From the IMG/VR virus record IMGVR_UViG_3300042563_002443: a stretch of DNA of 64,000 bases, one strand, 5' to 3'. Both the position numbers and the translations under genes were made by a program. Numbering within the stretch: the stretch's first letter is position 1; every line of letters begins with the position of its first letter. The notes below the pieces were generated by a model that worked only from the letters and a program-made list of their open reading frames with translations, was not told where the DNA came from and did no database searches. Shown here piece after piece: positions 59,575-64,000 of the stretch. Origin of the DNA: a virus.

Positions 59575-61431
59575 ATGGACATTTCAAACAAAATTTTAAG
59601 TGAAATTACGGTATACATGAAGTATGCAAAATATCTTCCAAACCTCAATAGAAGAGAATCTTGGGAAGAACTAGTTACAAGAAACAAACAAATGCATATT
59701 AAAAAATATCCGGCGTTAGTTGATGAAATCAATGCCGCATATGAATTTGTATATGCAAAAAAAGTATTGCCATCAATGCGTAGTTTGCAATTTGGTGGGA
59801 AATCAATTGATATATCACCCAACCGAATTTACAATTGTGCATATTTGCCAATTGATGACCACCGTGCATTTGGAGAAGCAATGTTTCTTTTATTAGGAGG
59901 CACGGGTGTTGGATATTCGGTTCAAAAACATCATGTAGAATTATTACCAGAAATACATAAACCAAATCCAAAAAAGATGCGTCGTTATTTGATTGCAGAT
60001 TCAATTGAAGGATGGGCCGATGCAGTTAAGATGCTTGTTAAATCATATTTTGTTGGCGGATCATCTTACAATTTTGATTTTTCAGATATTCGTGCCAAAG
60101 GTGCAAGACTTGTTACTTCAGGAGGAAAGGCTCCAGGACCTCAACCATTAAAAGAATGTTTGATGAAACTGCAAGGAATTTTAGATACAAAAGAAGATGG
60201 CGACAAATTATCTCCAATTGAAGTTCATGATATGGTTTGCCATGTTGCAGATGCAGTATTAGCAGGTGGTATTCGTAGAGCAGCACTTATAGCATTATTT
60301 TCAGCAGATGATGAAGAAATGATTGCATGCAAATCAGGTAATTGGTGGGAAATCAATCCACAAAGAGGTCGTGCTAATAATTCAGCTACATTAATGAGAC
60401 ACAAATTAACAAAAGAATTCTTTATGGATCTTTGGAAGCGTGTTGAATTATCTGGAGCAGGAGAACCTGGTATATATCTTACAAATGATAAAGATTGGGG
60501 AACTAACCCATGTTGTGAAATTGCATTACGTCCATTTCAATTCTGTAACTTGTGTGAAGTAAATGCATCTGACATTGATTCTCAAGAAGATTTTGAAAAT
60601 CGAGTTAGAGCAGCAGCATTTATTGGAACATTGCAAGCAGGATATACCAACTTTCATTACCTACGTCCAATTTGGCAACGTACAACTGAAAAAGATGCAC
60701 TTATTGGAGTATCAATGACAGGCATTGGATCTGGAACAGTATTGGGATATGACATGAAAGCTGCAGCAAAAACGGTTAAAACGGAAAATGAAAGAGTTGC
60801 TGCACTTATTGGTATTAATCGATCCGCACGAACAACCACAGTAAAGCCTGCAGGAACAACATCATTAACATTAGGCACAAGTTCAGGAATACATGCTTGG
60901 CACAATGATTATTATATTCGTAGAATCCGTGTTGGAAAAAATGAAGCAATTTACACGTATTTAGCAAAAAATCATCCCGAGCTAATTGAAGATGAATATT
61001 TCCGTCCACACGACACGGCAGTAATTTCTATACCACAACAGGCACCAGAAGGAGCAATTATGAGATTCGAGTCACCATTTCAATTATTAGATCGAATCAA
61101 AAAAGTTCATTTAGAATGGGTGAAGCCAGGTCATAGATCAGGAAACAATACACACAATGTATCGGCAACAGTTTCATTGAAAGATGATGAATGGGAATTA
61201 GCAGGTGATTGGATGTGGAACAATAGAGATCATTATAACGGCCTATCAGTTTTACCATATAATGGCGGAACCTATATTCAAGCCCCATTTGAAGATTGCA
61301 CCAAAGAAACATATGAATCAATGATGAAATCTTTGAAGGGTATTGATTTGAGTCAAGTAATTGAATTGGATGATAATACAGACCTATCAGGCGAATTGGC
61401 TTGTGCAGGCGGAGCGTGTGAGATTAAATAA
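59575..61431 (+). CDS. nrdJ: Class II (adenosylcobalamin-dependent) ribonucleotide reductase
   Basis: PSMRSLQ, YNCAY, GGIRRAA, TNPCCEI, TVKPAGT, terminal CAGGACE; no beta-subunit gene adjacent. Confidence 0.9.
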   Translation: MDISNKILSEITVYMKYAKYLPNLNRRESWEELVTRNKQMHIKKYPALVDEINAAYEFVYAKKVLPSMRSLQFGGKSIDISPNRIYNCAYLPIDDHRAFGEAMFLLLGGTGVGYSVQKHHVELLPEIHKPNPKKMRRYLIADSIEGWADAVKMLVKSYFVGGSSYNFDFSDIRAKGARLVTSGGKAPGPQPLKECLMKLQGILDTKEDGDKLSPIEVHDMVCHVADAVLAGGIRRAALIALFSADDEEMIACKSGNWWEINPQRGRANNSATLMRHKLTKEFFMDLWKRVELSGAGEPGIYLTNDKDWGTNPCCEIALRPFQFCNLCEVNASDIDSQEDFENRVRAAAFIGTLQAGYTNFHYLRPIWQRTTEKDALIGVSMTGIGSGTVLGYDMKAAAKTVKTENERVAALIGINRSARTTTVKPAGTTSLTLGTSSGIHAWHNDYYIRRIRVGKNEAIYTYLAKNHPELIEDEYFRPHDTAVISIPQQAPEGAIMRFESPFQLLDRIKKVHLEWVKPGHRSGNNTHNVSATVSLKDDEWELAGDWMWNNRDHYNGLSVLPYNGGTYIQAPFEDCTKETYESMMKSLKGIDLSQVIELDDNTDLSGELACAGGACEIK

Positions 61432-61652
61432 TGATACAACCAGCATCAAAAGATTGGATACAACAAACCTTTGTAAGGGAGTTTGGAAACAAGCTCCTGG
61501 CTACGGACTTTTACTATAATGAAGACGGATATCGTGTAATGACTGAATCATATCATGTACGACGCGGATCATGTTGTGGTAATGGTTGTTTGCATTGTCC
61601 ATACACGCCAAAACATGAGACCAATAATACCAAGTTGAATAATATTTATTAA
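61431..61652 (+). CDS. Small Cys-rich protein (DUF5522-like)
   Basis: RGSCCGNGCLHCPY. Confidence 0.7.
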   Translation: MIQPASKDWIQQTFVREFGNKLLATDFYYNEDGYRVMTESYHVRRGSCCGNGCLHCPYTPKHETNNTKLNNIY

Positions 61653-61653
61653 T

Positions 61654-62334
61654 ATGATTAAACTAAAAAATTTATTATTAGAAGTACATATTGATAACAA
61701 ATTCCAACGTGAATTAATTGATAGGATAAATGATGAGTATAGGGAAGATTACAAATCATTAACACCACAAGAAATTAACGATGGTTATTGTGATATGTGG
61801 GCTTCATTGTTTGTGGATCGTTTTGGCGGAGATCATCAATGGTCTTTTGATTTTCCAAATGATCCAAATGGACATTCGTGGGTAAAATTAAATAATAAAT
61901 TTTATGATGCTGAAATGACTACGGGTACAACAAAATTAATAAATTTGCCGCATTTTCAACGAGCTATAAAAAAATATGGCACTGATTGGTTAGATACTAA
62001 ATTCTTTAATAATATTCAAAAAACAAAATATGATGCATCAAATATCAATAAAATTGAGGAAATAGGACCTCAAAATTTTATTGAGATGTATTTGGATTGG
62101 CTAGAAGAGTTATTAAATGATTTAGAAGATTCTAATGATATTGAAGCCATTAAACGGTACGATACAGTATTAAATGCTAGGTTTGCATTAGAAGATGCTG
62201 ATTCTACGGAAATTATACAATATCTACAACGAAAATATGGCAATGATGTCGATCAGATAATATTAAAAATAATCGGCGATACAACAAAATATGATGCATC
62301 AGGCATTGATACACCTGGCAATCCTAACATGTAA
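61654..62334 (+). CDS. Two-module protein with MIKLK leader and putative Cys-His-Asp (papain/transglutaminase-like) domain
   Basis: MIKLKNLLLE|; GYC...GHSW...FYDAE; KYDAS repeat closes each module. Confidence 0.55.
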   Translation: MIKLKNLLLEVHIDNKFQRELIDRINDEYREDYKSLTPQEINDGYCDMWASLFVDRFGGDHQWSFDFPNDPNGHSWVKLNNKFYDAEMTTGTTKLINLPHFQRAIKKYGTDWLDTKFFNNIQKTKYDASNINKIEEIGPQNFIEMYLDWLEELLNDLEDSNDIEAIKRYDTVLNARFALEDADSTEIIQYLQRKYGNDVDQIILKIIGDTTKYDASGIDTPGNPNM

Positions 62335-62350
62335 TAAGTTTGCATAAAAC

Positions 62351-62379
62351 TTTGAAATTCCAATAAAATATATTATATT
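62351..62379 (+). promoter_or_regulatory. TTKGA-N18-TATAWT promoter-like element
   Basis: TTTGA 62351 and TATATT 62374-62379, upstream of folE. Confidence 0.6.
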
Positions 62380-62395
62380 AATATAAGAACAAGTT

Positions 62396-63085
62396 ATGAC
62401 AAGAAAACATCTAGAAACAGTTGCCCCTGGATATGCGAACGGTATATCATTGCAATTAGCAGTAAAGCAAACTTTAGAAGGTCCTGACGCTCAATTAACT
62501 CAGCAAGAAAAACAACAAATAATTGATAACGCTGCATATCATTACGGTTTATTTTTAACGGCACTAGGAGTATCTTGGGAATCAGATCCAAATTCATCTA
62601 ATACTCCTAATCGAGTTGCAAAAGCATATGTAAACGATTTATGGAAAGGCAGATATGAACCAATGTCAGACATTACTTCATTTCCAAGTGATGGGTATGA
62701 CGGAATTGTATTCGAAGGCGGTATTCCATTAACATCAATGTGTAGCCATCATCACCAAACCATTTCCGGAAAAGTTCATGTTGCATATATTCCAGCAGAA
62801 AATGGAAATGTAGTTGGATTAAGTAAAATTAATCGAGTAGTAGAACATTTCGGCAGACGCGGAGCTATACAAGAACAATTAACTGTAGCAATACAACATG
62901 CAATTGATGAACTTATAGAAGATAACAAAGGTGTTGCTGTAATGATTGAAGCAACTCATAATTGTGTATCTTGTAGGGGAGTAAAACATATAGGCGCTTC
63001 AATGAAGACCGCAAAATTATCCGGAGCCTTTTTAGATGATGGAAATGCTAGGTCTGAATTTTATCAATTTGTAAAAGGTTATTAA
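62396..63085 (+). CDS. folE: GTP cyclohydrolase I
   Basis: TPNRVAK, SMCSHH, GLSKINR, IQEQLT, HNCVSCRGV. Confidence 0.95.
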   Translation: MTRKHLETVAPGYANGISLQLAVKQTLEGPDAQLTQQEKQQIIDNAAYHYGLFLTALGVSWESDPNSSNTPNRVAKAYVNDLWKGRYEPMSDITSFPSDGYDGIVFEGGIPLTSMCSHHHQTISGKVHVAYIPAENGNVVGLSKINRVVEHFGRRGAIQEQLTVAIQHAIDELIEDNKGVAVMIEATHNCVSCRGVKHIGASMKTAKLSGAFLDDGNARSEFYQFVKGY

Positions 63086-63384
63086 TGAAAAGATTACACG
63101 TAAAATTAATTAAATGGATATCCAATAAATTTGGATACAAGATTGCAATGCTTAAAGCAGCAAACGGAACAACAACTGTTGAAGGAGATATTGAACTATT
63201 AAGATATGTTGATATATCCGGATATTTCTTTAAGAAAAAACCAATTTCTAGAATACAAGCTTCTAGAGCTCCAAGATCAGCCAAAGAAATGTTTTTAGCT
63301 GAACCAGTTCCTAATATTGATAATGTTGAACCGATAGTAAAACTTACATCGAAGCAACTTAAAGATTTACAAATAATAAAATAA
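63085..63384 (+). CDS. Hypothetical protein
   Basis: 99 aa ORF tightly packed between folE and queD. Confidence 0.55.
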   Translation: MKRLHVKLIKWISNKFGYKIAMLKAANGTTTVEGDIELLRYVDISGYFFKKKPISRIQASRAPRSAKEMFLAEPVPNIDNVEPIVKLTSKQLKDLQIIK

Positions 63385-63387
63385 ACT

Positions 63388-63852
63388 ATGGCAAAGTATA
63401 ATTCAACAAAATTATTTGATGGTTACTCAACTTGTTTCCGGCAATGGCGAGCAGAGGATACTCATTGCAAATTCTTACATGGATATGCAGTATCTTTTAA
63501 AGTTTGGTTCGAAGGCGAATTAGATCATCGTAATTGGGTATGGGACTTTGGTGGTATGAAGCGATCTAAAACTAAAATTGCTGGAATGTCTCCTATAGAA
63601 TATTTTTCATTTTTGTTAGATCATACTACAGTTGTAGCTATTGATGATCCATATTTAGAGAAATTTCAACAAATGGATGAAGATGGTATCATACAATTAC
63701 GCATACTACCGGCAACAGGATGTGAAAAATTTGCAGAACATTTATATTATATAATCAATGCATTCTTAAAAGAAGAAACACAAAGTAGAGTAAAAGCAAT
63801 AAAAGTAGAAGTTTATGAACACGAACGAAACAGCGCAAGCTACAGTGAATAA
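63388..63852 (+). CDS. queD: 6-carboxytetrahydropterin synthase (QueD/PTPS family)
   Basis: HCKFLHGY, WVWDFG, LDH, GCEKFAE, VYEHERNSA. Confidence 0.88.
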   Translation: MAKYNSTKLFDGYSTCFRQWRAEDTHCKFLHGYAVSFKVWFEGELDHRNWVWDFGGMKRSKTKIAGMSPIEYFSFLLDHTTVVAIDDPYLEKFQQMDEDGIIQLRILPATGCEKFAEHLYYIINAFLKEETQSRVKAIKVEVYEHERNSASYSE

Positions 63853-64000
63853 TGATACGTATGTATCACTTTATGAATATTTAGGTAAAGGGTCTCGAGA
63901 CACCGGAGTTGGAAAACTAGTTTCGGCCGAAGCATTAAAACGTGGTATTAAACCTCAAGTTAAATTGCTGCCTAAAGAAATGCAAAGGCCAGAATTTAAT
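63845..64000 (+). CDS. Hypothetical protein, truncated by the window end
   Basis: GTG start overlapping the queD end; open to the window end (MNNDTYVSLYEYLGKG...). Confidence 0.5.
   Translation, partial: MNNDTYVSLYEYLGKGSRDTGVGKLVSAEALKRGIKPQVKLLPKEMQRPEFN

Noticed and set aside
55863-61431. Inteins or introns in RecA, helicase or RNR (also terminase)
   Set aside because: Lengths are ordinary, motifs are contiguous, and no splice-junction or homing endonuclease motifs were seen.
1538-63284. Numerous minus-strand and nested short ORFs in the ORF track
   Set aside because: They lie within or across well-supported + strand genes, have no recognisable motifs and look like shadow frames. Only the frame at 44224-44520 was kept, as a frameshift extension.
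1-64000. Stop-codon reassignment or prophage/integration features
   Set aside because: Genes are full length in the standard code, and no integrase, att site or host genes are evident.

Overview
A 64-kb, AT-rich segment of a large lytic T4-like myovirus genome. It is densely coding, with every credible gene on the + strand and the standard genetic code. The host is probably a Bacteroidota; this is inferred from the phage bS21 next to the head genes and is not proven. Gene order: (1) endonuclease I-like resolvase, primase, fused SbcD-SbcC; (2) fibre genes and a three-domain NTase/RNase-like/ligase-like protein; (3) terminase, portal, prohead protease, bS21, scaffold, major capsid, PhoH, neck genes; (4) a mosaic fibre cluster with YadA-like and BspA/DUF285-like repeats; (5) sheath, tube, tail chaperone with a probable +1 frameshift, tape measure, baseplate; (6) divergent PolA, PD-(D/E)xK protein, SSB, RecA, 5'-3' exonuclease, helicase, class II RNR, and the start of a folE/queD 7-deazaguanine cluster. 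Two promoter-like motifs recur: ATATTTAT (19 gene-proximal copies, mostly before virion genes) and TTKGA-N18-TATAWT (7 exact copies plus 1 near-match, mostly before replication/metabolic genes, several leaderless). Best leads: a putative capsid-cargo system (MIKLKxLLxE leaders and L/I-x-E-delimited polyproteins carrying enzyme domains), a bS21/Shine-Dalgarno translation-takeover hypothesis, structured RNA leaders on the long late-type 5' UTRs, and a +1 frameshift in the tail chaperone. All assignments come from motif recognition by eye; no database search was run.
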